DNA of 63,645 nucleotides, counting the filler, from an uncultured bacterium (GTDB lineage Bacteria; Latescibacterota; UBA2968): the NCBI GenBank assembly GCA_964471275.1. It is 3 parts of 3 records of this genome, joined end to end, with 100 filler letters (N's around TTAATTAATTAA, not from the genome) between each part and the next. Parts side by side here need not be neighbours in the genome. Positions count along the whole stretch, not along the records: positions 1 to 26,702 come from CAYYGZ010000033.1; positions 26,803 to 53,080 come from CAYYGZ010000034.1; 1 more part is not named here. One strand, given 5' to 3'. This document shows, one piece after another, positions 16,845-26,915 of this stretch (position 1 is the first letter of the stretch; every line of letters begins with the position of its first letter). Made by a program: the position numbers and the translations under genes. Below the pieces are notes generated by a model. The model was given only the letters and a program-made list of their open reading frames with translations, searched no databases and was not told where the DNA came from.

Positions 16845-19136
16845 TTCCCGTGTCTCCGAATGATCTAATCAGAGCGGCATCGGCTCCCTGCCTTCTGTTG
16901 AGGGAAGAGGACGTTTCGTACGTATGTGCCAAGATAGATGCCCACCCGTGGGCGGCTCGTGCGTTCCGGAAACNNNNNNNNNNATTCCGCACGAACGCGC
17001 GTTGCGACTCCCTTCGTGATTCCGGATCGGGGCGGGCAATGGCCCCATTGGTATGCATGCCAGTCCTGCGGCGCGAAACTCGTTACCGAGTCCCCAACCG
17101 TCCATCGCTGTCCGGCCTGCGATCTCGTAAATTCGGGTGAGCCCTGGGATTCCGTCCCCCTTTCGAAGGTTCACCAGGCGCTGAGTGAGGATATTCGCAA
17201 TCTGGCCGTCTGCTATGCGCTGACGGAGGAACGTCCGTTTGCTGAGAAGGCTGCGGAGATCCTTCTGGCCTACGCAGACGCCTATCCTCGCTATGAAATC
17301 CGCGACCATCGCATGCAGACGGATACCGCGTGGGCCTCGAAGGTCTCGTGGGGAACGCTCGGCGAAGCGGTCTGGCTGATTCCAGTCTGCTCGGGCTATG
17401 ATCTTGTCCGACACGCCGATGTGCTCAGTCCAGCCGAACACCAGACGATCCGCGAGCAGCTTCTGAGACCGGCCGCGAAGCTGATCCTGAAACACAACAT
17501 CGGAATCCACAACATCCAGTGCTGGCACAACTGTGCAATCGGTATGGCTGCCCTGATGCTTCGTGATCCTGATCTCCTGAGTTTCACGATCGAGGGCGAG
17601 GTAGGCGTCCGGGAACAAATCGAGCAGGGCGTCAACGCAGATGGTCTCTGGCACGAAGGCAGCTGGGGCTACCATTTTTATGGGATGAAGCCGCTGCTCA
17701 GTTGGGCGATCGCCCTCCGGAATTGCGGGCTTGATCTTTTCAACTCCCGCCTCCGAAGCATGTTCGAGGCCCCGCTGAAGGCGGTTCGTCCAGATGGAGG
17801 TCTACCCGCCTTCCACGACAGCGGTGGCCCCCAGTTGTCCGATACGGCCAGCCACTATGAGATCGCTCTCTCCACGTTCGAAGACCCAAAGTTCGCGTTC
17901 CCGATTGCAGACGACGAACGTGACAATCTGAATGCTTTGCTCTACGGGATGTCCACGCTTCCAGACCCTAGCCGTCTGCCCACGCAAACGGCACAGCTGC
18001 CTGACAGCGGTTTTGTCTTCATGCGACAAGGCAGCAGCGCACGGCAGACCTACGCTGCATTCGACTACGGCCCCCATGGTGGGGGGCACGGTCATCCCGA
18101 CAAGCTCGGTTTCACCCTGGTTGCCCGGGGGGCGCTGCAGGCGCCAGACCCGGGGTCGGTTGCCTACGGCACCCCGATTCAGCAGGCTTGGTACAAGCAG
18201 ACTGTCAGCCACAATACGGTGGTTGTGGACGGCAAGTCCCAACAGCCTACTACGGGCGCGTTACACTTTCTGACACAGGCGAGCGGGGTGGATATTGTCC
18301 AGGCCGATTCGGGGGATATCCAGGACGGCGTTCGAATGATTCGCACGATGGTGGTCACTCAGGATGCGGTGGTGATGGTGGATCGACTGCGGTCGGAGCG
18401 TGTCCACACCTACGACTGGGTCTATCACAACAGGGGGACAATGCGACCGGCCTTCAGTTGTCGAAAGCCTAAGAAACCGCTCGGGGACAGCGAAGGCTAC
18501 GATGTGATCAAAGACCTGCGTCGGGCGAAGCCGGAGGGTGAGTGGCAGGTGACGTGGAAACAGGCCGGGTCAGGGGTCCGCTTGACCTTCTGGGGAAGTA
18601 AGCGTCAAACCGAGGTCTATACGGGCGTGGGGCCGGCCAACGTGGACAGCTCCGGGGTCGGGTTTGGGGCGGAGGATGTTCCTCTGGTGATCGCCCGGAG
18701 ATTGAGTCGAAGGCGGACGACCTTTGCTTCCGCCCTTCAGATGTTCGGGTCACGTCCGGTGAAAGATGCCTTTGATCAGGTTTCGCTCAAGCAAGCGGAT
18801 CGTGGACGTGCATACCGATACAGGTGTGGGAAGACGGATCTGACCCTGGTGGTCGGTTTTCTAACGGGAACACTCGCGTGCGGCGATGTCAGCTTCCGCG
18901 GCGCAGCCGCCCTGATCGACCGAGGGAAGGCAAACCGTGTGATTCTGTGTGACGGTGAAACCGTCACCTGTTTTGGCCACGAGGTGCAGGTTGAGCCGGC
19001 GGGGTCGGTTGAGGTCGCTTCCGACGAGTCCGGTCTCAGGATTACGAACCTCTCGGATGTCGTGGTGGTACTTTCGGTCGATGATCGATCGACGTCGTTG
19101 CCTGCTGGTCGTACCTGGCGATTACCCGCGAATTGA
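16841..19136 (+). CDS. Heparinase II/III-family / PL17-like oligo-alginate lyase (frame broken by 10-N gap at 16974-16983)
   Basis: HNIQCWHNCAIG, DGLWHEGSWGYHFY, GHGHPDKL and WYKQTVSHNTVVVDG resemble PL17 motifs. GTG 16841 overlaps the upstream stop; no signal peptide. Confidence 0.75.
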
Positions 19137-19160
19137 TTGTCAGAGAATAGGAGCGTATCC

Positions 19161-20129
19161 GTGCTCAGAGTCATCAAGCCAGAGGGTGCCTACCGGATCG
19201 AGCTCGAGGATGTTTCTGTCCCCGAGATCTCGAGCACGGAGGTACTGATCCGGACGGAGTGTACGCTGATCAGCCGTGGGTCGGAGATCTGGCGGCGGTA
19301 TGTACGCGAGGAGGCGATCGATCCGGCCATCATGGGCTACTCGCTTGTCGGATCTATTGCGCAAGTTGGCTCCGAGGTCCAGGATCTGTCGATGGGAGAC
19401 CGGGTTGCCGCTATCGCACCGCATGCTGAGTGGGTGGTGGTGGAAGTAACCCACTCAAGGGTCAAGCCGTCCGTTGTACAGTTGCCGGGCGATGTCTCAT
19501 CAGAGGCGGGTACATTTTGGCCGCTGGGGACGAGTTCGATCATGTGGATGGATGAGCTCGATGTCTGCGGCGATGACACGGTGGTCATTCTTGGACAGGG
19601 CCTCGTCGGGAGTGGGTGTCTTCAGGCGCTGAGAGCCAGATCAGACGCGAAGGTGATCGCCGTCGATGCCATTCCAGCGCGTTGTGATCTTGCCGGAAAG
19701 CTTGGGGCAGACGTGACTGTCGATGTGAGCAAGGAGGATCCGGTAACCACCGTTCGCGAGGCCACCGATGGCGAAGGTGCAGACTTCGTGATCTACACGG
19801 TGGGCGGTAGGTCGGGAGGACGTGCCTTCGAGCAGGCTCTGGATATGGTTCGGCGCGGTGGGCTGATCCAGGTGATCGGTCTGTATGAGGATGAGCCGTT
19901 GCAGCTCGACTCGCAGAAGATCCAGGGAAAGCGGATCCTGGGCGGTTTTGTCGATATGACGACACGACCCCGGGCCTCAGACGAATCTATCCAGCTGCTG
20001 GCCGAAGGCAAGATCGATTTCGAGGCGATGATTACACATCGGTTCGGTTTCCGACAGGCGGCGGAAGCTTACGATATGCTCTATAACCGTCTCCACGAAT
20101 GTATGGGCGTTGTGTTGGAGTGGCAGTAG
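19161..20129 (+). CDS. MDR-family (zinc-type alcohol dehydrogenase-like) oxidoreductase
   Basis: ISRGSE, MGYSLVG (GHE zinc motif altered), GQGLVG, ITHRF. GTG start after AGGAG. Confidence 0.85.
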   Translation: MLRVIKPEGAYRIELEDVSVPEISSTEVLIRTECTLISRGSEIWRRYVREEAIDPAIMGYSLVGSIAQVGSEVQDLSMGDRVAAIAPHAEWVVVEVTHSRVKPSVVQLPGDVSSEAGTFWPLGTSSIMWMDELDVCGDDTVVILGQGLVGSGCLQALRARSDAKVIAVDAIPARCDLAGKLGADVTVDVSKEDPVTTVREATDGEGADFVIYTVGGRSGGRAFEQALDMVRRGGLIQVIGLYEDEPLQLDSQKIQGKRILGGFVDMTTRPRASDESIQLLAEGKIDFEAMITHRFGFRQAAEAYDMLYNRLHECMGVVLEWQ

Positions 20130-20245
20130 GGGAGGCAATGACAACGGCGCAGATGGCAGGGAGCAGGGGGCGGGGGAAGGCAGTTCAGTGTACAGAACGG
20201 GTCTGAGTCGGAAGCGAGAACCGGAATCGAAGAGAAGGGAATGCG

Positions 20246-21121
20246 ATGCGGAACGGATTCTTCAAGGGGCACGGGCTGGGTAATGATTATATCGTTATGG
20301 ACCCGGCGGAACTGGATTTCAGGCTGACGCCCAGGAATGTTGTGAAGATCTGCGACCGGAATTGGGGGATCGGGAGTGACGGGATTCTCACGCTGGAGAA
20401 ATCGAGGAAGGCAGACTTCGGGCTTCGGATCCTGAATCCAGACGGGAGTGAGGCGGAGAAGTCGGGGAACGGTTTGCGAATCTTCGCGCGGTATCTGCAC
20501 GCGACACGGAAGACGAAGAAGACACATTTCACGGTAGATACCAAGGGTGGGCTGGTTACGATCGATCTGCACGTCGACAAGCACGGCGATGCGAGTGCGG
20601 CAACGGTGGAGATGGGACAAGCGACCTTCGACCCCAAGGCGCTGCCCTGCTCGCTGAAGGTCAAAGAGCTCATCAATCGACCGATCACGGCTTCCGGCAG
20701 GAAACTCTCGTTTACGGGAGTCAGCGTGGGAAACCCACACTGTGTCGTGTTCAAGCCAAAGGGTGAGATGTGGACGCGTGAGGACCTGTTGACGTTGGGA
20801 CCCGCGCTCGAAAACCACAAAGCCTTCCCAAGACGCACGAACGTGCAGTTGGCTGTGCCGACGGGCAAGCACGAGATCTTCATTCTGATTTGGGAACGCG
20901 GTGCAGGTGAGACCCAGGCATCCGGCTCATCATCGTGTGCGGCGGCGAGTGCCGCCGTCAGACTGGGGCTGGTCGATGCGCCCGTCAAGGTCAACGCCCC
21001 AGGTGGAACTTTGCGGATCGACATCGATTCGGGGTACGATCTGACGATGGAAGGTGCCGTTGCCGAGGTGGGACGTGGAAGTCTGAGCCGTTCGTTTGTC
21101 CGTGAGCTGAAGGGGCGTTAG
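20246..21121 (+). CDS. dapF: Diaminopimelate epimerase family protein (Ser/Ser variant)
   Basis: KGHGLGNDY, CDRNWGIGSDG, NPDGSEAEKSGNG, VGNPHCV, WERGAGETQASGSS. Confidence 0.85.
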   Translation: MRNGFFKGHGLGNDYIVMDPAELDFRLTPRNVVKICDRNWGIGSDGILTLEKSRKADFGLRILNPDGSEAEKSGNGLRIFARYLHATRKTKKTHFTVDTKGGLVTIDLHVDKHGDASAATVEMGQATFDPKALPCSLKVKELINRPITASGRKLSFTGVSVGNPHCVVFKPKGEMWTREDLLTLGPALENHKAFPRRTNVQLAVPTGKHEIFILIWERGAGETQASGSSSCAAASAAVRLGLVDAPVKVNAPGGTLRIDIDSGYDLTMEGAVAEVGRGSLSRSFVRELKGR

Positions 21122-22218
21122 TGCAAGGCGAACTGAACCTGCCGGAAGTCGAATCAGATCTTCACCGTGCGTGGGGACGACGGCTCGCAAGCAGGTGGTC
21201 GCAGTATAACGATGAATACATCAATGGCCGGATGCAGCAGCCGAGCTTCAGGATCAGCTCGAACGATGTGCACCTGGGCCAATGGGATGGGACGCGCCGA
21301 GAGATCACTCTTTCGGCGCGTCATATTTTACGGGATGATTGGACATCGGTTCTGGACACGCTCCGGCATGAGATGGCGCATCAGTATGTTCAGGAGATCC
21401 TCGAGGTTGCGAATGAAGGACCGCACGGTTCGGCGTTCGCGAAGGCGTGTGATAAATTGCGGTGCTCTCCGGAGTCCGGAGCGCGTGCCGACGATTTGAG
21501 AGGAGACGGTCCGGATAAGTCACTCCGGATCATTCAAAAGCTCCTGTCGCTGGCTGAGAGCCCGAATGAAAACGAAGCACAGGCGGCCGTTCAGAAAGCC
21601 AGGCGTCTGCTCGTGAAGTACAACACGGACGTGGTTCAACTTGATCGCCAGCGCAATTTTGGGATACGCGTACTTGGCAACGTAAAGGGGAGACATACCT
21701 CGGCCGAACTTTGGATCGGCTCTATCCTGAATCGCTTCTTCTTTGTTGAATCCCTCTGGTCGCAGAGTTACGATCCCGGAAGGGATCAGAGAGGAACCGT
21801 ATTGCAGGTGTATGGCACACCTGAGAATCTTGAACTGGCGACCTACGTGTATGACTACCTGACAGGCCTTCTTCCGCTCCTCTGGAAGGACTACCGGGAG
21901 TCATGCAGGATGCGGAATAACCGGGAACGACAAAGATTCTTTGCGGGAGTCCTGGAGGGGTTTTACACGAAGCTGACCGATCAGGAACGGAGCATGATCC
22001 AGACGGAAGCGCTGGTGTGGAAGGGCGATGCTCAATTGACGGGCTTCTTCCGATATCACAATCCACGTGTGGTGACGAGATACGGTGGCGGCGTCACAAG
22101 GACCGAGACCTATGCGGACGGCTTTGCGGAGGGGAAGCGGGTGTCGATTCGGAAGCCTGTGGCGGAGACGGGGAGGGCGAGGGGAAGACTGCTTGGGGGT
22201 AGGCGGGGTGCAGAATGA
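21121..22218 (+). CDS. SprT-like zinc metalloprotease domain plus DUF2786-like domain protein
   Basis: TLRHEMAHQY..PHGSAF (HExxH) and IQKLLSLAESPNENEAQAA. Overlaps the dapF stop by 1 nt. Confidence 0.8.
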   Translation: MQGELNLPEVESDLHRAWGRRLASRWSQYNDEYINGRMQQPSFRISSNDVHLGQWDGTRREITLSARHILRDDWTSVLDTLRHEMAHQYVQEILEVANEGPHGSAFAKACDKLRCSPESGARADDLRGDGPDKSLRIIQKLLSLAESPNENEAQAAVQKARRLLVKYNTDVVQLDRQRNFGIRVLGNVKGRHTSAELWIGSILNRFFFVESLWSQSYDPGRDQRGTVLQVYGTPENLELATYVYDYLTGLLPLLWKDYRESCRMRNNRERQRFFAGVLEGFYTKLTDQERSMIQTEALVWKGDAQLTGFFRYHNPRVVTRYGGGVTRTETYADGFAEGKRVSIRKPVAETGRARGRLLGGRRGAE

Positions 22219-22271
22219 AAAGTGCAAAGTGCAGATTCTAACTCCTTCTGGGCGACAATGGAGAAAGGGAT

Positions 22272-23384
22272 CTAGGCGACGCGATATTTGTCGATGGTGG
22301 CCTGGTTGATGGTGACGCCGAGACCGGGTCCTTCCGGTAAGGAGACGTAACCATCGATGACTTCAAATTTCTCGTGGATGACATCGTGGCGGAGTGGCGA
22401 GTCCGTCATGCAGAATTCGAAAATCTCTCCGTGAGGTACGGCGGCCAGACCGTGAAGGCTCGCGGCGATGGTGATGCCGCTCTTGAAGCTGTGATTGACG
22501 ACCTTCGAACCGTGCTGATGAGCGAAGCGGCCGGCGTCGACCATGTTTGAGATGCCACACCTGCCGGGATCCGGCTGGATCCAGTCGAGCCCTCCTTCGA
22601 CGACGAGACGTTCGAACTCGGGCAGACGGGACTCGGCTTCTCCGGTGGCGATCGGGACCGGGCTCTCCGCCGTCAGCCGCGCGAAACCTTCAATGTCCTG
22701 TGGGTGCAGCGGTTCCTCAATCCAGAAGGGCCTGAATTCCTCAAACTGGCGCGCTCTCTTGAGCGCCATCGACCAATCCCATACTTGACCGGCGTCGATC
22801 AGCACATCAACTTCGTCTCCGACACCACGACGTGCCTCGCGGACCAGCGCGATATCGGTCTTCTCCCCCTGCCCCATCGGGCCCCATCCGAATTTGACTG
22901 CCGTGAAGCCCTGACCTGAAAATGTACGCCCCAATTCGTATGTCTGTTCCGGCGTGTCCCCGAACAGTATCGAGCAATAGGCTCTGAATCGAGTGTTGAC
23001 CGGTCCCCCGAGAAGCTCGTAGATCGGGCGATCTGCGGACTTTCCAGAGATGTCCCACAGTGCCAGGTTGACACCCGCCATCGCGTGTGACCCGACGCCG
23101 ATTCGACCGTAGTAGTTGACCGCTTCATCCATGCGACCCATACAGGCTTCGAGTGCGAGCGCATCCTGGCCGATCAAGGCATTTGCCAGTCCGTTGCAGA
23201 TCTGGTGAGACAGCGGGGCATCGACGACGGCTTTGACTACCGTTGGGCAGGAATCGACTTCTCCCCAACCCGTAATCCCCTCGTCGGTGTCGACTCGGAT
23301 AAGGCAGGTGTCCTGGGTGCCATCACACGCGGCATTCACGTCGGGCAACCGAAGGACGATTGCTTCTACTGAGGTGATCTTCAT
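22272..23384 (-). CDS. Mandelate racemase/muconate lactonizing enzyme family (enolase superfamily)
   Basis: MKITSVE start, DTDEGITGWGE, ALWDISGK, DAGQ/EEP/GE metal ligands, PEGPGLG. Start re-called at ATG 23384. Confidence 0.9.
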   Translation of the reverse strand: MKITSVEAIVLRLPDVNAACDGTQDTCLIRVDTDEGITGWGEVDSCPTVVKAVVDAPLSHQICNGLANALIGQDALALEACMGRMDEAVNYYGRIGVGSHAMAGVNLALWDISGKSADRPIYELLGGPVNTRFRAYCSILFGDTPEQTYELGRTFSGQGFTAVKFGWGPMGQGEKTDIALVREARRGVGDEVDVLIDAGQVWDWSMALKRARQFEEFRPFWIEEPLHPQDIEGFARLTAESPVPIATGEAESRLPEFERLVVEGGLDWIQPDPGRCGISNMVDAGRFAHQHGSKVVNHSFKSGITIAASLHGLAAVPHGEIFEFCMTDSPLRHDVIHEKFEVIDGYVSLPEGPGLGVTINQATIDKYRVA

Positions 23385-23409
23385 GGCTCGCTCCCGTGAT
23401 TGAAGCGCA

Positions 23410-23438
23410 ATGATAGAGGAGTAGGAAAGGTGTGTCAA
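23410..23438 (-). promoter_or_regulatory. Sigma70-type promoter of the enolase-superfamily gene
   Basis: TTGACA-17 nt-TATCAT on the minus strand, ~25 nt upstream of ATG 23384. Confidence 0.7.
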
Positions 23439-23623
23439 GGTAGGGTGCCTCAGCGGGAGAAAGCGGTTGCTCGGGGTAGATACGGGGCATAGATTCGAGG
23501 CAAATTGGGGGATCGGCATCCTCCTTCGCCCAGGTTTCGGAGGGACAGGAGTCGTCAAGATACCGGGTGTGGGACATCGGGGGTGGAGGATGGGAAGGCA
23601 CGGAGATAGCGAGGAGTGAGATA

Positions 23624-24373
23624 TTGAATACGGATGGATACCAAGATATATATGCGCGGGATGGGGTGTTGCCGCGGGTGGACGTGTACAGCAAATCGGA
23701 GATTGAGGGTTTCCGGGCACAGTTCAATGCGTTGGAGACGAGGGAGGGGAAGGAGAACTGTGCGGTTGGACTGCAGGCGCGGCATATGGATGAGAGATTC
23801 ATTTGGGAGCTGTCGACCGACAAGCGAGTGCTGGACGTGATGCAGGCCGTGATGGGTGATGACGTGATGTTACTGTCGACCCACTTTTTCTGTAAGTATC
23901 CCGAGCAGGATCCGACCTCCTTTGTTGCGTGGCACCAAGATATCACCTACTGGGGGCTCGAGCCATCCGAGGCACACACGGCCTGGATCGCGATCGACGA
24001 CAGTGATGTGGAGAATGGATGCATGCGGGTGATCCCCGGATCACACACGAGGGGCATTGCGCCTCACGCGAAATCAGAGAAGTCCGGAAATCTGCTGAGC
24101 ATCAATCAGGAGATTCCGGATGAACACGTGGACGATTCGAATGCAGTCGATATCATTCTCGATGCGGGTCAGATGTCTGTTCACGAAGGGCAACTGCTGC
24201 ACGCGAGCATGCCGAATCGGTCGGATCGACGACGATGTGGGCTGACGGTACGCTTCATACCTCCTCGTGTGCGTCAGGCGGAGCTGAACTCAGTCAAGGC
24301 GAAATGGTTTCCCATCGTCGTCAGGGGGGCGGATACGTGCGGGAATTTCGAGACGACGGAGGCGCCGTTTTGA
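23624..24373 (+). CDS. PhyH-family Fe(II)/2-oxoglutarate dioxygenase
   Basis: WHQDITYW, AWIAIDD, NGCMRVIPGSH, LHASMPN..RR. TTG start after GAGGAG. Confidence 0.88.
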   Translation: MNTDGYQDIYARDGVLPRVDVYSKSEIEGFRAQFNALETREGKENCAVGLQARHMDERFIWELSTDKRVLDVMQAVMGDDVMLLSTHFFCKYPEQDPTSFVAWHQDITYWGLEPSEAHTAWIAIDDSDVENGCMRVIPGSHTRGIAPHAKSEKSGNLLSINQEIPDEHVDDSNAVDIILDAGQMSVHEGQLLHASMPNRSDRRRCGLTVRFIPPRVRQAELNSVKAKWFPIVVRGADTCGNFETTEAPF

Positions 24374-24448
24374 GGGACAGGGCCTAGGGTGTCGGGTGTG
24401 GGCTCGGCTCGGAAGCGGCAATCGGCAGGTAGGCAGATCGGGGTGACT

Positions 24449-25312
24449 ATGGCGAAGCGGAAGGTGATGTTGACGGGGGCGTGTGGATACGTCTCCGGCC
24501 GGATGTTGGATGCTATGCGGGAGAAATACGATCTCACGTTGCTCGATGTGAAGACGACGGACGGAGATGGTGTAAAGGTGGAGGATGTCCAGGTAGTCGA
24601 TTTGTTGAACAGAGATCGAGATGCGTATCGGGAGTATTTCAAGGGCATCGATACGGTCGTGCATAGCGGATTCAAGGGAACGGTGAACCACCGTCATACG
24701 GATTTCTGGAAAGAGTATGATAACGTGATGATGACCTACAACGTATACCAGACGTGTGTCGAGGAAGATGTGCGGCGTGTGGTGATGATGAGCTCGAATC
24801 ACGCAGCGGACTTCTATGAGCCTCTGATCTGGGAGGAAGAGATCGACTTTGTGACAAAGGGCGACTACCCGCTGACCGACAACTTCTACGGATGGGGGAA
24901 GATTTCGTATGAGGCCCTGGGGTTCGTGTTCGCGACTGGATCGATGAACGACGGGAAGCAACTCGGGAATGTGCAGCTTCGGATCGGGGCACCGAGAGAG
25001 TCGGTCGTGGATGACGCGAACCCGGAGGATCTGAAGCGGCTGCATCGCGGGCTCGGTGCGTATCTAAGTGCCCGGGATCAGACACAGTTAGTGATCAAGA
25101 GCATCGAAGCAGAGGATATCACGGATAGATTCGGAATCCCGTTCCAGGTATTCTATGGGATCAGTGCCAACTCTCATCGATTCTGGGGAATTTCAGATGC
25201 GACAAAGAAGATCGGGTATGCGCCCGAGGATAACAGCGCCGTGAAGTTCGCCGACCCGGTCGGCGTGATTATGCAGGCGGCAAAGAGGAAGATTGATGGT
25301 GAGGGCGGGTGA
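24449..25312 (+). CDS. NAD-dependent dehydrogenase/epimerase (uronate dehydrogenase-like SDR)
   Basis: LTGACGYV, RRVVMMSSNHA, YGWGK, LRIG, YLSARD, IGYAPED. Confidence 0.8.
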   Translation: MAKRKVMLTGACGYVSGRMLDAMREKYDLTLLDVKTTDGDGVKVEDVQVVDLLNRDRDAYREYFKGIDTVVHSGFKGTVNHRHTDFWKEYDNVMMTYNVYQTCVEEDVRRVVMMSSNHAADFYEPLIWEEEIDFVTKGDYPLTDNFYGWGKISYEALGFVFATGSMNDGKQLGNVQLRIGAPRESVVDDANPEDLKRLHRGLGAYLSARDQTQLVIKSIEAEDITDRFGIPFQVFYGISANSHRFWGISDATKKIGYAPEDNSAVKFADPVGVIMQAAKRKIDGEGG

Positions 25313-25470
25313 GATAACAGATCTGGTGTTCACATGCGGGCAAGGCCCGCTTCTCCGGGTGTGAGAGGGGACGTGAGGGGAATTTGACGAGAGAGAAGTC
25401 AAACTAGCCTTCAATGAACGCAGAGGGATCCTTCGCTGCTCTCAGGATGAAGGATGGAAAAGGACATGGC

Positions 25471-26598
25471 ATGAAGATCACGAAGTTGACGACGATACCG
25501 ATCGAAGGACGTGCGATGATCCTCAAGATGGGGACGGATGAGGGGATCGTCGGGTTCGGCGAACCGATGAACTATGAGCACTGGCGAATTGTCGCACAGG
25601 CCGTGGAGGATATCGGTGAATACCTGATTGGACAGGATCCGTGCGAAATCGAACGGCACTGGCAGGCCGTATATCGGTCCAGCTACAGCCGGGCAATGCC
25701 TTTGATCGTCGGTGCGTGGAGCGGCATCGAGATGGCCATGTGGGACGTTATGGGTAAGTCGCTCGGGCTGCCGGTTTGGAAGTTGTTGGGCGGATCCGTC
25801 AGGAGCAAGGTTCGTGTGTATACGGGAATCGGTGGCGGGATTGAACCACAGCGGGTTGCCGAGAGCGCACTGAAGGCTGTCGAACAAGGCTATACCGCGC
25901 TCAAGATGGGTGGATCGCCTCACCCCGTTCGGTTTGTCGAGAACCCGGGAACCGTTAAGAAGCTCGTTGCCAGAGTCGCAGCTGTTCGCGAGGCGATCGG
26001 CGATGAGGTCGATCTGGCGGTGGATCTGCACAGACGGTTCAGCCCTACGATGGCCGTCGTGATGGTCAAGGCGCTGGAGCCCTTCGGTCTGCTATTCGCA
26101 GAAGAGCCTTGCCATCCGGAAAACGATGAACCCGTACTCACGATTGCGCGTTCAACCTCAGTGCCGATCGCGACCGGTGAACGACACATGACACGGTGGG
26201 GTTTCCGCCATCTGATCGAGCGTGAGATGTGCGCGATTCTGCAGCCGGATATTCGGCACTGCGGCGGGATCATGGAGCTGAAGAAGATCGCTGGTGCAGC
26301 CGAGATCCACAATATCGCAATGGCACCGCACAATGCTGCTGGTCCCATCGGTGTTGCGGCATCTATCCACGCGGTTGCAACGATTCCGAATTTTGCGATC
26401 TGTGAGGGCGGTGCGAGGCGTGGTCAGGGACTCTTCAATGAACCGCTGACGTTCAAGGATGGCTATATCGAATTACCAACCGGCCCCGGGTTGGGTGTGG
26501 ACATGGAGGATGCTGCAATCGAGGCGGTCAGAGATGAGTCGTATCGGTCGCGAGGGATGTTCTATCATAGTGATGACGGGTCGTTTGCTGATTACTAG
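25471..26598 (+). CDS. Galactonate dehydratase-like enolase-superfamily dehydratase
   Basis: MKITKL, TDEGIVGFGE, AMWDVMGK..PVWKLLGG, DLH, EEP, ATGE, QPD, APHN. Confidence 0.85.
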   Translation: MKITKLTTIPIEGRAMILKMGTDEGIVGFGEPMNYEHWRIVAQAVEDIGEYLIGQDPCEIERHWQAVYRSSYSRAMPLIVGAWSGIEMAMWDVMGKSLGLPVWKLLGGSVRSKVRVYTGIGGGIEPQRVAESALKAVEQGYTALKMGGSPHPVRFVENPGTVKKLVARVAAVREAIGDEVDLAVDLHRRFSPTMAVVMVKALEPFGLLFAEEPCHPENDEPVLTIARSTSVPIATGERHMTRWGFRHLIEREMCAILQPDIRHCGGIMELKKIAGAAEIHNIAMAPHNAAGPIGVAASIHAVATIPNFAICEGGARRGQGLFNEPLTFKDGYIELPTGPGLGVDMEDAAIEAVRDESYRSRGMFYHSDDGSFADY

Positions 26599-26702
26599 CA
26601 TCGAGGTGAAGATGCGGTTGCCGGGGAGAGTTGGCAGAGCAGGGCGTTGGGGGTGGGGGGTGGGGAGTGGGAGGACGGCACTACTCATTCTGGGATTTCT
26701 GT

Positions 26703-26802
26703 NNNNNNNNNNNNNNNNNNNNNNNNNNNNNNNNNNNNNNNNNNNNTTAATTAATTAANNNNNNNNNNNNNNNNNNNNNNNNNNNNNNNNNNNNNNNNNN
26801 NN
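26703..26802. other. Artificial contig-joining linker
   Basis: 44 N + TTAATTAATTAA (stops in all six frames) + 44 N. Confidence 0.97.
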
Positions 26803-26913
26803 ACGACGAACGGCCACACTTCGAATACCGAACCAAAGGACGAACACCCTCAGAGATCTTCTGGGAAGCTCAAAGGAGGACTTGAAGTGTCAACACCGTT
26901 ACGACACTGGACA
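26803..26913 (+). mobile_element. Right end of an IS481-family element, truncated by the contig break
   Basis: Own translation ..DERPHFEYRTKGRTPSEIFWEAQRRT* (stop 26883-26885), typical of an integrase-core C-terminus, then a terminal-repeat-like TGTCAACACCGTTACGACACTGGACA ending in ACA. Confidence 0.65.
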
Positions 26914-26915
26914 AC

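Noticed and set aside
16974..16983. Programmed frameshifts or pseudogenes in the PL17-like gene and in rplY (59877-59886)
   Set aside because: Both frame changes coincide exactly with 10-N scaffold gaps.
23385..23720. N-terminal extension of the 482-aa ORF
   Set aside because: It overlaps a divergent gene and a clear promoter; homology begins at MKITSVE (23384).
26747..26758. TTAATTAATTAA palindromes (also 53125-53136) as biological sites
   Set aside because: They are centred in identical 100-nt N spacers, so they are artificial contig linkers.
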